Assembly: GCA_018001935.1 (NCBI GenBank) | Contig: JAGNHB010000046.1 | Span: 1 to 32,000 of the forward strand | DNA length: 32,000 bases | Direction: 5' to 3' | DNA from: Acidobacteriota bacterium | GTDB lineage: Bacteria; Acidobacteriota; JAAYUB01 | Shown: in pieces, positions 24,209 through 32,000 of the stretch | Position numbering within the stretch: position 1 is the first letter of the stretch | How the letters are laid out: each line of letters starts with the position of its first letter | Notes under the pieces: generated by a model | The model's database searches: none | What the model was told of the DNA's origin: nothing | The model's input: only the letters and a program-made list of their open reading frames with translations | Position numbers and translations under genes: made by a program

Positions 24209-24362
24209 CAAAGGACCCAAAGGACCCAAAGGACATAAAGGACATAAAGGACATAAAGGACATGAGAGGCCCGAAAGGCTGAGGGGGCCCGGCACGGGCT
24301 TTCACTTCGTCCTTCTGGTCCTTTTGGTCCTTTGGGTCCTTTTGGTCCTTTTGTCTCTTTCG
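24209..24362. repeat. Palindromic array of 9-bp tandem repeats between convergent genes: six [C/T]AAAGGAC[C/A] units, a ~46-bp spacer, then five to six inverted GTCCTTTTG units. Possible bidirectional terminator or structured element
   Basis: Left-arm units start at 24209, 24218, 24227, 24236, 24245 and 24254. Right-arm units start at 24309, 24318, 24327, 24336 and 24345, with a degenerate one at 24354. The AAAGGAC and GTCCTTT cores are complementary. The array lies between the pdxJ stop (24152) and the NRPS stop (24374). Confidence 0.85.
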
Positions 24363-24373
24363 CCCCCCGTCGC

Positions 24374-31999
<7,626 letters not shown>

Positions 32000-32000
32000 G

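Noticed and set aside
24209-24362. Possible CRISPR array, given the regularly spaced short repeats (also at 7629-7746)
   Set aside because: The units are contiguous 9-14-bp tandem repeats with no unique spacers, far shorter than CRISPR repeats, and no cas genes are present.

Overview
High-GC bacterial chromosomal window (about two-thirds G+C by eye; taxon not identifiable from sequence alone). I support 18 protein-coding genes and found no rRNA, tRNA or CRISPR array. Most long ORFs in the six-frame track are antisense or out-of-frame artefacts of the high GC content. Layout: (1) Minus-strand genes for a large secreted S8 peptidase, a polytopic membrane protein and a Tat-signal-like amidohydrolase. 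(2) A CPBP intramembrane protease, then an AT-rich orphan membrane-protein gene bracketed by composite repeats. (3) Divergent udp, then a tightly packed co-directional string: iadA, DUF62 SAM hydrolase-like, orphan NuoG-like Fe-S protein, RecQ-like helicase fused to a ComF-type PRTase, DprA/SLOG-like protein with wHTH, miaA. (4) guaB. (5) A ~2.3 kb segment bounded by ~180-bp inverted repeats, carrying a lipoprotein gene, a PIN toxin gene and an overlapping small ORF. (6) pdxJ. (7) A 5'-truncated NRPS (C-A-T-C-A-T-R) ending in an unusual cyclic-nucleotide-binding-like domain. The best candidate for a conflict or novel system is the translationally coupled helicase-PRTase plus DprA-like pair at 14747-18129 (PsyrTA/ShosTA-like domain logic), which sits in a housekeeping-looking operon rather than an obvious defence island. 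Second is the NRPS-reductase-CNB fusion. Intergenic DNA holds several short word-repeat families: AAAGGAC 9-mers, CACGAA words, GATACC tracts and a 49-bp hairpin element. These form palindromes, inverted repeats and direct repeats around the accessory genes. All calls rest on by-eye motif reading; no searches were run.
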